Shown here one piece after another: positions 38,009-47,652 of a DNA stretch of 48,661 nucleotides. Below the pieces are notes generated by a model. The model ran no database searches. It was not told the DNA's origin and saw only the letters and a program-made list of their open reading frames with translations. Each line of letters starts with the position of its first letter. The stretch's first letter is position 1. The DNA comes from Deferribacterales bacterium (GTDB taxonomy: Bacteria > Chrysiogenota > Deferribacteres > Deferribacterales > Geovibrionaceae). The translations under genes were made by a program, and so were the position numbers. The stretch lies in contig JBFWJG010000012.1 in the NCBI GenBank assembly GCA_050253335.1, positions 1-48,661 on the forward strand, written 5' to 3'.

Positions 38009-38026
38009 CATTCGTATAGCTTTTTG

Positions 38027-39298
38027 TTACTTCTTCTTTTTCCTCACAGCGGCTGAGTTGCGGTGCGCTATGAGCTCTTCGTGTTCCGCTAAAGTGATAA
38101 TGTCTTCCATGTCTTCGGCGAGCTGCTTTTTTGAGTAGTAAAGTATGCTTGAGCGTTTTATGAAATCATAAACCCCAAGCGGCGAGAAGAAGCGGGCTGT
38201 CCCCCCTGTAGGCAGGACGTGGTTGGACCCCGCTATATAGTCGCCCACGGGTTCGGGTGTGTTTTCCCCGAGGAAGATTGCTCCGGCGTGCTTTATTTTC
38301 AGCATCATCTCCATAGGGTTTTCAACGTAAAGCTCAAGGTGTTCGGGGGCGATTTCGTTCGCCACATCGCATGCCTCGTCCATATCCTTCACGAGGATTA
38401 CCGCGCCGTATGAGTCGATGGATTTTTTCGCTATCTCTTTTTTGGGGAGCTCCTCAAGCTGTTTTCTGAGCTCCTCTTCTATTTTTTCCGCCAGTTTTTT
38501 ATTATCGGTGACCGCAACGGAGCTTGCCAGTTCGTCATGCTCCGCCTGAGAGAGCATGTCTGCGGCGATGTATTTCGCCTTGGCGGACTTATCGGCTATG
38601 ATAAGTATCTCGCTGGGGCCTGCGATCATATCTATATCCACCTGACCGAAGACAAGCTTTTTCGCCAGAGCAACGTAAATATTGCCGGGGCCGACTATTT
38701 TATCCACCTTGGGCACTGTCGCTGTTCCATAAGCCAGAGCCGCAACAGCCTGCGCCCCGCCGATTTTGAAGCCTCTGTCAACCCCTGCGATGTAAGCCGC
38801 CGCCAGCACAACGGGGTTAACCTCGCCCCCTGTGGCGGGTGTGGTCATTATTATTTCACCGACTCCGGCAACTTTTGCGGGCAGTGTGTTCATAAGCACG
38901 CTGGAGGGGTAAACCGCCTTTCCGCCGGGAACATACACGCCGACTTTTTCAAGGGGGGTGATCTTCTGGCCGAGGAAGGTTCCCTCGCTTTTTTCGTATA
39001 TCCATGTTTTTTCAAGCTGTTTTTCGTGGAAGGAGACTATGTTGTCCCGCGCTTTTTCCAGAGCCTTTTTCAGCTTTGGGTCGAGGGCTTTGTACGCCTT
39101 CTCCATCTCTTTGCGGGTTATCTCTATGCTGCTGCCTTCGAAGCGGTCAAACTTTTTCGTAAGTTCGAAAAGCGCCGCATCCCCTTCCTTTCTGATCCTG
39201 TTTATGATGCCGAGGACAGTGTCAAGGTACTGCTCATCAAAGGATTCGCCCCTGCCCAGTATTTTTTTCAGTTTTTCGTCATTTCTTTTTATTATCAT
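38027..39298 (-). CDS. hisD: Histidinol dehydrogenase
   Basis: GVYVPGG, IDMIAGPSE, SQAEH, APEHL, NHVLPT. Confidence 0.98.
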   Translation of the reverse strand: MIIKRNDEKLKKILGRGESFDEQYLDTVLGIINRIRKEGDAALFELTKKFDRFEGSSIEITRKEMEKAYKALDPKLKKALEKARDNIVSFHEKQLEKTWIYEKSEGTFLGQKITPLEKVGVYVPGGKAVYPSSVLMNTLPAKVAGVGEIIMTTPATGGEVNPVVLAAAYIAGVDRGFKIGGAQAVAALAYGTATVPKVDKIVGPGNIYVALAKKLVFGQVDIDMIAGPSEILIIADKSAKAKYIAADMLSQAEHDELASSVAVTDNKKLAEKIEEELRKQLEELPKKEIAKKSIDSYGAVILVKDMDEACDVANEIAPEHLELYVENPMEMMLKIKHAGAIFLGENTPEPVGDYIAGSNHVLPTGGTARFFSPLGVYDFIKRSSILYYSKKQLAEDMEDIITLAEHEELIAHRNSAAVRKKKK

Positions 39299-40353
39299 GA
39301 TTCAATTCCCGTAAATCTGTTTTTGCCGTTCTTCTTGCTTTCATAAAGCCTTGAATCGGCAAGCTTTACTATTTTCACGCTTTCGGCGCCTTCGGGGAAA
39401 TCCTTCGGAACCGCCACGACTCCTCCGCTTATTCCCGCTATCCCCGCATAACCCGCCTTCTCAAAAACCTGTGATGAGACATCGGTAAGCTTAGCCGTAA
39501 CCTTTCTTATGTCAACCTTTTCATCTTCGGGGATTATTATGAAAAACTCATCCCCGCCGAAGCGTCCCAGAATATCGCTGGCGCGGAGCTTTTCCCTGAA
39601 TCCCCTGCACAGTTCCACAAGGAGACTGTCGCCCACCAGATGCCCTTCCTTGTCGTTCACGGCTTTGAAATTGTCAATGTCCGCCATGATGAAGTAAAAG
39701 CCTTTGCCGTATCTCTGGTGTCTGCTTATCTGTGCGTTTATAAGCTCGGCCATGGCCATTTTATTATATGCTCCGGTGAGGAAGTCTGTCCTTGCCTGCC
39801 TGTAGATGATTTCTGTGTTGTGGAGCTTTTTCAGGGCAACCATGACAACGAACGAAAGCTCCTTCACAAAGTCCATCGATCCGGCATCCTCAAACCTTTC
39901 CGGCTCCCTGCTGAAAAGGGCGAGGGCGGCGATTATCCGCCCGTTCTCCGTTATGGGGGCTATGAGGTATGAGCCTATCTCCTCCTCCACCCTGAACTCG
40001 CTTATGATATTCATAGTGTCTTTGCCGGAGTAGGGGCGCTTGTCCAGAAAGAAGTATTTGAAGACCTTCTCCGGATGAAAGAATATTTTATCCGCCAGGT
40101 TGTCCGTTTTGCGCTCGAAGTCCAGAGCGTCAGAGTTGAGAAACAGCACAGCGCGGTCAATGTCAAAAATTTCCGCAAGGTAGGAAAGCGGTTTTTCGGT
40201 GATCTCCGCCAGAGAGTTTGACAGGAGAAAGGCATATTCCACAATCCTGAATCCGCCGTGTTTGGCCTCATTCTCCCTCACAAGGGTGATGAGTTTTTCA
40301 AGTTCGTCTTTGAGATCCCTGTTCTCTTTGATAACCGTGTCGAGTCTTCCCAT
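39295..40353 (-). CDS. GAF-like plus GGDEF diguanylate cyclase
   Basis: N-terminal coiled coil and GAF-like region; DIDNFK.VND..GH..GD; RASD I-site; RFGGDEF. Confidence 0.9.
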   Translation of the reverse strand: MGRLDTVIKENRDLKDELEKLITLVRENEAKHGGFRIVEYAFLLSNSLAEITEKPLSYLAEIFDIDRAVLFLNSDALDFERKTDNLADKIFFHPEKVFKYFFLDKRPYSGKDTMNIISEFRVEEEIGSYLIAPITENGRIIAALALFSREPERFEDAGSMDFVKELSFVVMVALKKLHNTEIIYRQARTDFLTGAYNKMAMAELINAQISRHQRYGKGFYFIMADIDNFKAVNDKEGHLVGDSLLVELCRGFREKLRASDILGRFGGDEFFIIIPEDEKVDIRKVTAKLTDVSSQVFEKAGYAGIAGISGGVVAVPKDFPEGAESVKIVKLADSRLYESKKNGKNRFTGIES

Positions 40354-40354
40354 T

Positions 40355-42760
40355 CTATTTAAGCTCCCCGAGATTTTTGCCTATGGAACCGTTTACTGAA
40401 AGCGGAACACGCAGAGATGCGGCGCTCTCCATTATTCTCTTCACTTCCGGCGCGAAGCTTTCCGCTATGTTTTCCCGCACCTCGAACACAAGCTCATCAT
40501 GAAGCTGGAGTATAAGGTGGGCGTCCAGTCCGTTTTCCCTGATATATTTGTCGCAGTTGAGCATAGCCACCTTGATTATGTCCGCGGCGGAGCCCTGCAT
40601 CTGCGTGTTTACAGCCACACGCTCCCCCTTCATGGCTATGGTTCTGTTTCTGCTTTTTATGTCCGCTATAAATCTTTTTCGGCCGAAAATCGTTTTTGCA
40701 AAGCCGTTTCTTTTCGCTTCCTCAATGGTTTCGGCTATGAACTTCTTCACGCCGCTGTATGTGGCGAAGTATTTGTCTATGAAGATCTGCGCGTCCTTGG
40801 GGTTTACGCCTGTGTCCCTTGAGAGGCCGTAGGCGGAGAGCCCGTATATTATGCCGAAGTTAACGGCCTTTGCCATGCGGCGCATGTTGCCGTCCACCTT
40901 GTCCTCCGGCACGTCAAACACCTTTGAGGCTGTCTGGGTGTGGATGTCGAGCCCTCTGGAATATGCGTCCACAAGGGCTGCATCCCCCGTGAGGTGGGCG
41001 AGGATGCGGAGTTCTATCTGCGAGTAGTCAAAGGAGACGAAAACATAGCCGTCCTCCGGCACAAATGCGGAACGGATCGCTTTTGCGAACTCCCCCTTCT
41101 GGGGTATGTTCTGCATGTTCGGCGCAGTGGAGGAGAGCCTGCCTGTCGCGGTTCCCGTCTGTTTGAACTCGGTGTGTATGCGTTTTGTGCGCGGATCTAT
41201 GAAGTTTATCAGCGTGTATGTGTATGTGGAGAGCAGTTTGCTCAGCTCCCTGTGGCGCAGTATGTTCAGTATCACTTCCTGATGCTCAGGGTTGTAGACC
41301 ATGAGATCACGCAGGGCTTCTTCGGATGTGGAGAAGCCTGTCTTTGTCTTTTTCACCGCTTTTATTCCGAGCTCGTCATACAGAAATGAGGAAAGCTGTT
41401 TGGGTGAGTTGAGATTTATGTCATGCCCCACTGCGCTGATAAGCGAGTTCTGGAGCTGGATAAGCTCCGTTTCGAGGATCTTGGCAACTTCGCGTATGCG
41501 CTCCGGATCAAGCTTCACGCCCTTTTTCTCCATTTCGGCGAGGACATAGCAGGTTTCTATCTCCATCTCCTCATAGAGTTTTTTCAGGCCGTTCTTTTCC
41601 AGATTCTCTATTTCATCCGCCGCGGACTGTCTGATTCTGCTTATGAAATCTTCCGCCTGTTCATCCTTCATAAGGCGCAGACCGCCCTGATCAGGCTCAT
41701 TCATCCAGCTTATCAGCATTATATCCTGCGGATTTTCAGGTTTGAGCCCTGTTTCCTTGTAAATGTGCTTGAGATCATACAGCACAGCACCCTGCGGCAC
41801 TGCTTCGGGGTTTTTCTGCTCCGGCTCCTGTTCCGCATCCTGAACCCATATCTCGCCGTTTATGCTGGCGATCACCGTGAAGTCAGTGCTGGCAGGCTTT
41901 GTTTCGGAGGCGGAGGTCTGAGGCATGTTCGGCCTTGCGGAACCCTCACCGAAAAGTCTGCGGAGAACAGAGCTCATTTCAAGCTCACGGAGCTTTTCCT
42001 CAAGGGCGGGCTCATCCTTCTCCGGTGCGGAGTAATCCAGATCATCTATGAACTGCAAAGTGGCGAGTTCACGGCTGAAAAACGCTTTTTCCTTATCCGC
42101 CTCAAGCTTTTCTTTCAGCTTGCCCTTAACCTTGTCTATGTTTTCATAAACCCCTTCCAGAGTTCCGAACTCCGCCAGAAGCTTCTGGGCGGTTTTCTCC
42201 CCGACTCCGGCCACACCGGGTATATTGTCCGATGCGTCCCCGCTGAGAGCCAGCATATCGAGGATTTTTTCAGGGGGCAGGCCGAATTTTTCCGTCACTT
42301 CGGCTGCTCCCATGGGGGTGTTTGTGGAGAGATCAAGTATCTTCACCTTGCCGTTGACAAGCTGGTGGAGGTCTTTGTCTTTCGTGGCTATGTAAACTTC
42401 GCCTTCAAGGGTGAGGGCGAGGGTGTTTATGGTGTCGTCCGCCTCATAGCCGTCAATGCACAGGACAGGTATTCCCATCAGGGGTATCATCCCCTTGAGG
42501 GCTTCAAGCTGGGGGATCATATCCTCCGGCATAGACTCACGGGTGGCCTTGTATGCCTCGTGCATTTCGTGACGCTTGGTTTTCTCTTTGGAGTCAAACA
42601 CAACGTAGATCTCTTCGGGGTTCAGCTTCTCCCGCATTGATATAATAAACTGAAAAAAACCGTGGATTACCGCTGTGGGGAACCCCTTGCTGTTCGTCAG
42701 GGGGCGTGTGGCGTAAAAAGCCCTGTATGCTATATAGTTGCCGTCAATTACCAGTTTCAT
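40355..42760 (-). CDS. polA: DNA polymerase I (compact, 801 aa)
   Basis: 5'-3' exonuclease domain (IDG, EADD, DKDL, GDASDNIPG) and polymerase motifs TGRLSS, DYSQIELR, KAVNFGIIYG, HDELVF. Confidence 0.97.
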   Translation of the reverse strand: MKLVIDGNYIAYRAFYATRPLTNSKGFPTAVIHGFFQFIISMREKLNPEEIYVVFDSKEKTKRHEMHEAYKATRESMPEDMIPQLEALKGMIPLMGIPVLCIDGYEADDTINTLALTLEGEVYIATKDKDLHQLVNGKVKILDLSTNTPMGAAEVTEKFGLPPEKILDMLALSGDASDNIPGVAGVGEKTAQKLLAEFGTLEGVYENIDKVKGKLKEKLEADKEKAFFSRELATLQFIDDLDYSAPEKDEPALEEKLRELEMSSVLRRLFGEGSARPNMPQTSASETKPASTDFTVIASINGEIWVQDAEQEPEQKNPEAVPQGAVLYDLKHIYKETGLKPENPQDIMLISWMNEPDQGGLRLMKDEQAEDFISRIRQSAADEIENLEKNGLKKLYEEMEIETCYVLAEMEKKGVKLDPERIREVAKILETELIQLQNSLISAVGHDINLNSPKQLSSFLYDELGIKAVKKTKTGFSTSEEALRDLMVYNPEHQEVILNILRHRELSKLLSTYTYTLINFIDPRTKRIHTEFKQTGTATGRLSSTAPNMQNIPQKGEFAKAIRSAFVPEDGYVFVSFDYSQIELRILAHLTGDAALVDAYSRGLDIHTQTASKVFDVPEDKVDGNMRRMAKAVNFGIIYGLSAYGLSRDTGVNPKDAQIFIDKYFATYSGVKKFIAETIEEAKRNGFAKTIFGRKRFIADIKSRNRTIAMKGERVAVNTQMQGSAADIIKVAMLNCDKYIRENGLDAHLILQLHDELVFEVRENIAESFAPEVKRIMESAASLRVPLSVNGSIGKNLGELK

Positions 42761-42926
42761 TATATTACCTTATTATGTTTATGAATCTTTCGCTTCGCAC
42801 GCTAACAGAGCTTCCCCCTCTTCATCCTGAGGCGGGACCTAATAATCTCGTTCGGCATCTGCGATTTTAGATACGTATTCCGGCATTTTATGATAAATTG
42901 GGTAGCTTGTACACGTTTTTATCCCC

Positions 42927-42955
42927 TTGACAGAGCTGACTTGTTCCGTTATTCT
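42927..42955 (+). promoter_or_regulatory. Sigma70 promoter for ilvE, implying a leader of about 140 nt
   Basis: TTGACA-N17-TATTCT. Confidence 0.6.
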
Positions 42956-43104
42956 TAAATAAGTCTAGGTTGACTGAACTGTATCGCAGTTTTTCTATGT
43001 AAACTGTACCGGTCAGCGGGGAGCCTTTTTTCGAACAAGGGAAACAGGCATGTAACAGGCCGATTCTGCCGTTTATCAGGCGGCAATTTATAGAAGGTGT
43101 TAGG

Positions 43105-44190
43105 ATGAAGATCGAATTAAAACTGAAACCCCAATCGGAAAGACGTCAGGATATTTTTAAACCCGAAAAGCCTCTGCCTTTCGGCCAGCTCCGCACAGAT
43201 CATATGTTTCTGGTCGATTACGCTGACGGAGTCTGGAAAGATCCGAGAATTGTGCCTTACGCCAATTTCAGCATAGCCCCCGGCGCAACCTCCCTTCACT
43301 ATTCACAGGAAATTTTCGAAGGGGCAAAAGCCTTCATGCACCCGGACGGAGAGATTTACTCCTTCCGCATAGACAAAAACGCCGGAAGAATGAACATCTC
43401 CGCAGAGATTGTCTGCATGCCCAAAATAGACGAGGAACTCCAGATAGAAGGAATCCAGAGGCTCATAGACGTGGACAGGAAATGGTTCCCCCTTCAGGAA
43501 GGGGCTTCCCTTTACATCCGTCCGTTTATGTTCGGCACGGAAGACATGCTCGGCGTTAAGCCCAGCAAAACCTTCACATTCGCGGTAATCCTTTCCCCCA
43601 GCGGCCCTTACTACCCCAAGGGGATAACAGAGCCCGTGAAGCTGCTTATCAGTGACCGCTTCCACAGGGCAGCCCCCGGCGGAACAGGCGCCGCGAAAAC
43701 AGGCGGAAACTATGCCGCCTCTCTGAGAGCGGGTGAATATGCCTACTCAAAAGGAGCAAGCCAGGTGCTTTATCTGGACTGCACAAACACTTATATCGAA
43801 GAATGCGGGGCAATGAACCACTACCACGTCATGAAGGACGGCACGGTGGTTATACCCGAATTCACCGAAACCATACTGCGCTCCATCACCTCCGAGTCCG
43901 TCATTGAGCTTCAGAAGGAACTGGGACGCAAGGTTATTCAGCAGAAAATAAAAATAGAAGACTTCATAAAAGACGTTGAAAACGGAAACATCGTAGAGGC
44001 TGGCGGCTTCGGGACCGCGGCTGTTGTTTCCCCTGTGGGCACGTATATTTTTGAGGACGGACGCGAGCTTAAAGTCGGCGACGGCAAAATAGGCAGCGTA
44101 AGTAAATCAATCTACGAATATTACACCGGAATCCAGAACGGCAGGGAAAAAGCCCCCGCCGGATGGCTCAGAAAGGTTGAAAGATACTAA
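43105..44190 (+). CDS. ilvE: Branched-chain amino acid aminotransferase
   Basis: LHYSQEIFEGAKA, LYIRP, AKTGGNYA, GTAAVVSPV. Confidence 0.96.
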   Translation: MKIELKLKPQSERRQDIFKPEKPLPFGQLRTDHMFLVDYADGVWKDPRIVPYANFSIAPGATSLHYSQEIFEGAKAFMHPDGEIYSFRIDKNAGRMNISAEIVCMPKIDEELQIEGIQRLIDVDRKWFPLQEGASLYIRPFMFGTEDMLGVKPSKTFTFAVILSPSGPYYPKGITEPVKLLISDRFHRAAPGGTGAAKTGGNYAASLRAGEYAYSKGASQVLYLDCTNTYIEECGAMNHYHVMKDGTVVIPEFTETILRSITSESVIELQKELGRKVIQQKIKIEDFIKDVENGNIVEAGGFGTAAVVSPVGTYIFEDGRELKVGDGKIGSVSKSIYEYYTGIQNGREKAPAGWLRKVERY

Positions 44191-44199
44191 GAAAAACTG

Positions 44200-44223
44200 A
44201 GGCGGGGTTTGACCCCCGCCTTT
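44200..44223. terminator. Terminator hairpin after ilvE (copy 1 of a 24-bp direct repeat)
   Basis: AGGCGGGG-TTTGAC-CCCCGCCT followed by a T run. Confidence 0.8.
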
Positions 44224-44235
44224 TTGTTTGTTGAT

Positions 44236-44331
44236 AAAGTCCTCTCCTGCCCTCCTCTACAAAAGGAGGGTGTTTTGCTTTTAACGGCAACAGTTTCCCC
44301 CTTTAACAAAGAGGGACAAAAGGGGGATTTT
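44236..44331. repeat. Repeat family B, full-length MITE/REP-like element
   Basis: Imperfect terminal inverted repeats AAAGTCCTCT / AGGGGGATTT; internal hairpins CCCTCCT..AGGAGGG and TCCCCCTTT..AAAGAGGGA; matches 1066-1124. Confidence 0.75.
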
Positions 44332-44365
44332 ACAGATATGAGCAAGTCTGCCGCTATTCTATACA

Positions 44366-44389
44366 AGGCGGGGTTTGACCCCCGCCTTT
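44366..44389. terminator. Terminator hairpin after the MCP gene (copy 2 of the 24-bp direct repeat)
   Basis: Identical to 44200-44223: AGGCGGGGTTTGACCCCCGCCTTT. Confidence 0.75.
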
Positions 44390-44394
44390 CTGTT

Positions 44395-46077
44395 TTATAT
44401 TTTAAACTTATTCACCAGCATTTTCAGTTCATCTGCCTGAATCTGGAGGCTTGAGATTGTCGAGGCCACTTCCTGAAGGGCAGATGAGCTCTCCTCAACA
44501 CCTGAGGCTATCACCTGCGTGCTTTCGTTGATGTTGTGGATAGCGCCCACCTGCTCCTCCACTGCGGACTGGATTATTTCGTTAACCCTGCTCATTGTAT
44601 CAACAGCAGAGACAATCCGCTCGAAGGTGGTTTTTGTTTCATTGATAATTTCCACTCCTCCCTCGACCTTGCCTTTTGCGTTGCTCATCTCTGTTGAGGC
44701 GAGCTTGGCTTCTTTCTGGAGGCTCTGGATTATGGAGGAGATTTCACCGGTTGATGTCTGGGTGCGTTCGGCAAGCTTGCGCACCTCATCCGCCACAACA
44801 GCGAACCCGCGTCCGTGTTCTCCGGCTCTTGCAGCTTCTATTGCGGCGTTAAGCGCCAGAAGGTTTGTCTGGTCTGCGATGTCGGTGATAACATTGAGTA
44901 TGTCCCCGATTCTGGAGGATGATTCCAGAAGCCCCTCGATAGTTTTGCCGAGGGTTTCGACATTGCCTTTGATAACGATCATCTCGTTCACGGCTTCCTG
45001 AAGCTTTTTATTGCCCTGAATTGTGAGAGCGTTGGTTTCCTCGATGTTGTTTCTGCCTTCATTTATGGAGCCGGAAACCTCAGCGGCGGAAGCTGTCATC
45101 TGCTCTGTTGCGCTCGCGACCCCTGAAATCTGCGCCGCCTGATCGTTCATTGTGGTTGAGAGCTCCTCGGTGGAGGCGGCAAGCTCTGTGCTGCTTGAGG
45201 CGACTGTATCCGCGTTCATCATGACTGTCTGGATAATATCCCTGAGCTTGCTGATAAACTCGTTGAAATATCTGCCCAGCTCGCCCACTTCGTCATGCGT
45301 GCTCACGGAAATCACCTTGGTGAGGTCCCCCTCGCCTTCGGATATCTCCTTCAGGGAAGCGGATACATTGCGTATATTGTTGGAAATCCTTCTTGCTACA
45401 TAAAGCGCCGCCGCGGTTATCACCCCTATACAGACAAGGGTTATGAGAATGAATTTGAAAATAACCGCGCCTATCTCCTTGGAGACGCTTTCACGGATTT
45501 TTGCCACTTCCTTGTCAATGTCGTCTATGTAGAATCCTGTGCCCAGTGCCCAGCCCCAGTCGCCCATAGGCACTGAGTATGAAAGCTTTTTGGCCACTGT
45601 TTTTTCTGAGGGCTTATCCCACATATAAACCAGATACCCGCCGCCGTCTTTAGCCTGTTTCACAAGCTCGCGGACAAGATACAACCCTTCCTTGTCCTGA
45701 ACATCCCACATGCTTGTTCCTTCTCTCTGCGGACTGGGGGGCAGAAGCACATTTATCCCTTCATATGTGTATATGAAGTAGTAGCCGTCCGCACCGTAAA
45801 AAAGCTTCCTGATGGTTTCCTTCGCCTGATGACGGGCTTCTTCCTCCGAGAGGGAGGAATCTTCCATTATGTGCTTTACCGAGGTTTCCGCCAAATCGAG
45901 ATAGTTGCTCAGTTCGGCTTTTTTGAGGCTCATCATGGTATCTTCAATAAGCTTGATTTCTGCGTTTCCCATTTTCCTGATATTGCCGATGCTTATCACG
46001 GCAAGCACAACCGACAGGAGAATAACAGGAATAAGAGCCGTAAACAGTATCTTGGAACCGATTTTCAAATTCAACAT
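44395..46077 (-). CDS. Methyl-accepting chemotaxis protein (single Cache, HAMP)
   Basis: [40 protein letters not shown]; Cache-like Y.W.KP..KLSY and GTGFYIDD. Confidence 0.97.
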   Translation of the reverse strand: MLNLKIGSKILFTALIPVILLSVVLAVISIGNIRKMGNAEIKLIEDTMMSLKKAELSNYLDLAETSVKHIMEDSSLSEEEARHQAKETIRKLFYGADGYYFIYTYEGINVLLPPSPQREGTSMWDVQDKEGLYLVRELVKQAKDGGGYLVYMWDKPSEKTVAKKLSYSVPMGDWGWALGTGFYIDDIDKEVAKIRESVSKEIGAVIFKFILITLVCIGVITAAALYVARRISNNIRNVSASLKEISEGEGDLTKVISVSTHDEVGELGRYFNEFISKLRDIIQTVMMNADTVASSSTELAASTEELSTTMNDQAAQISGVASATEQMTASAAEVSGSINEGRNNIEETNALTIQGNKKLQEAVNEMIVIKGNVETLGKTIEGLLESSSRIGDILNVITDIADQTNLLALNAAIEAARAGEHGRGFAVVADEVRKLAERTQTSTGEISSIIQSLQKEAKLASTEMSNAKGKVEGGVEIINETKTTFERIVSAVDTMSRVNEIIQSAVEEQVGAIHNINESTQVIASGVEESSSALQEVASTISSLQIQADELKMLVNKFKI

Positions 46078-46285
46078 TTACACACCGCCTGACTGATGAA
46101 TGGTATTTGCTTGTTGTGTCTCTGGGTTTATGTAATCAATTTTAATATTAAATGATCGGATTATCCACAAAACTACAGGAAATATATTAAAAATACTGAG
46201 ATTAAAATGAATTCAGCCGCGGCAGGCTAATAAAAAAGGGTTAAGAATCTGCCCGCAGTATTAAGACCGCGGACAGATCAAAGGA

Positions 46286-47272
46286 TTATTCTTTTCTTAA
46301 AGGGCGCTCCATAAGAGCCATTACGGAGTCCTTCGGATTTTTGTTTTCGTAAATAACTTTGTATACCTGCTCGGTGATGGGCATTTCTATTCCTGCCTTT
46401 GCCGCGTAGGCGTAAGCGGCTTTAGCGGTGTAAACCCCTTCGGCAACCATGTTCATTTTTCCGGTTATTTCATCTATGCCGAATCCTTCCGCCAGCTTGA
46501 GGCCGACCTGCCTGTTTCGGCTGAGATCCCCTGTGCAGGTGAGAACAAGATCCCCCATGCCGGAAAGCCCCATGAAGGTTTCCGCTTTGGCGCCCATAGC
46601 CACGCCGAGGCGGGTTATCTCCGCCAGCCCGCGGGTTATTAGGCCTGCCCTTGCGTTATGCCCGAAGCCGAGTCCGTCGGAAATTCCCGCGGCAACGGCG
46701 ATTACGTTTTTGATCGCTCCGCCTATTTCCACTCCGGTGACGTCATCAGTGCAGTAACAGCGGAAGGCGGGCGCGGAGAGGGCGTTCTGCCACCACTCTG
46801 CACGTCTGACATCCTTAGAGGCGACGCTCACCGCCGTGGGTTTGCCCAGTGCCACTTCCTTGGCGAAGGAGGGGCCCGAAATTATGGAGTATTCCGCATC
46901 GGCGGATTCACTGAGCATCTCGATGACCAGTTTGCCCGTGGCTATCTCTATACCCTTAGTGGCTATTATTATGTCCCTGCCTTTCAGGGAGTCTCTGTTT
47001 GCCTCGGCGACACGCCTTGAGAACTGCGTGGGCACAGCCCAGACAATGTGCTTTTCCGGCATGGATGAAATATCCGAAAAGCTCTTTGCCCCCACATTGG
47101 CGGAAAGCTTTATCCCCTGAAGAAATAGAGGGTTCTCGCTGTTTTCGTTAACGCCTTTTATTACTTCGTCTTCGAATGCGTAGAGGGTGACTTTGTACCC
47201 TGATGAGCCGAGCAGGGAGGCCAGCGCAGTGCCCCAGCTTCCGGCTCCTATTACGGCTATTTTATCTTGCAT
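46286..47272 (-). CDS. gpsA: NAD(P)H-dependent glycerol-3-phosphate dehydrogenase
   Basis: GAGSWGTALA, SGPSFA.EV, GAIKN, GDLVLTC..SRNR; start set at 47272. Confidence 0.97.
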   Translation of the reverse strand: MQDKIAVIGAGSWGTALASLLGSSGYKVTLYAFEDEVIKGVNENSENPLFLQGIKLSANVGAKSFSDISSMPEKHIVWAVPTQFSRRVAEANRDSLKGRDIIIATKGIEIATGKLVIEMLSESADAEYSIISGPSFAKEVALGKPTAVSVASKDVRRAEWWQNALSAPAFRCYCTDDVTGVEIGGAIKNVIAVAAGISDGLGFGHNARAGLITRGLAEITRLGVAMGAKAETFMGLSGMGDLVLTCTGDLSRNRQVGLKLAEGFGIDEITGKMNMVAEGVYTAKAAYAYAAKAGIEMPITEQVYKVIYENKNPKDSVMALMERPLRKE

Positions 47273-47368
47273 GGGCAGACTCCGGATGTTATCTTTTCTG
47301 TATCGGTGCATTAGTATACAAAGTATAAAAACCGCCCCGAACAAGGGTAGGGAATAGTAAGGCGATTT

Positions 47369-47650
47369 ATGGCTAAAATCAACTATTATGACGTTGACGC
47401 CCTGCGCAACGTAAACGAGAAAAGGGTTTGGGACATGCTCCCGTTCTTTCTGGAAAGAAATCCCGCTCTGTGCGCCTGCGGAAGCTGCGCCCTTGATATT
47501 GTGGCTGTCACGCTGAACAATATCCAGCCGTGTTATCAGGTCTATGAAGAGGGGATAGAAAGAGCCCGTGAAAAAGTGAGCGAGGAAGAGATATACCGCC
47601 AGATGACAGCTGCCGGAAAGCTTGTTTCCTCCAACCCCCGTCACGACTGA
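47369..47650 (+). CDS. ComFB-family protein
   Basis: N.NE..V, C.C..C.LDI.A..LN.I.P.Y and C-terminal V..NPRH. Confidence 0.88.
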   Translation: MAKINYYDVDALRNVNEKRVWDMLPFFLERNPALCACGSCALDIVAVTLNNIQPCYQVYEEGIERAREKVSEEEIYRQMTAAGKLVSSNPRHD

Positions 47651-47652
47651 GC

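Noticed and set aside
41423..42640. 405-aa plus-strand ORF and similar long antisense ORFs (38537-39346, 19127-19909, 26971-27693, 34173-34889)
   Set aside because: Shadow frames opposite well-supported conserved genes, with no recognisable motifs.
42960..43090. ppGpp/ykkC or ZTP riboswitch, T-box or leader peptide upstream of ilvE
   Set aside because: No GGGTTCCG core, no CGCCTGGGC P3, no T-box bulge, and the only ATGs are immediately followed by TAA.
46161..46169. Perfect DnaA box TTATCCACA (also TGTGGATAA at 33126 and inside htpX at 25790)
   Set aside because: Isolated single boxes with no cluster and no dnaA; not enough to call an origin.
47273..47644. 123-aa N-terminal extension of gpsA in the ORF track
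   Set aside because: It overlaps the ComFB gene on the other strand, and GpsA homology starts at MQDKIAVIG (47272).
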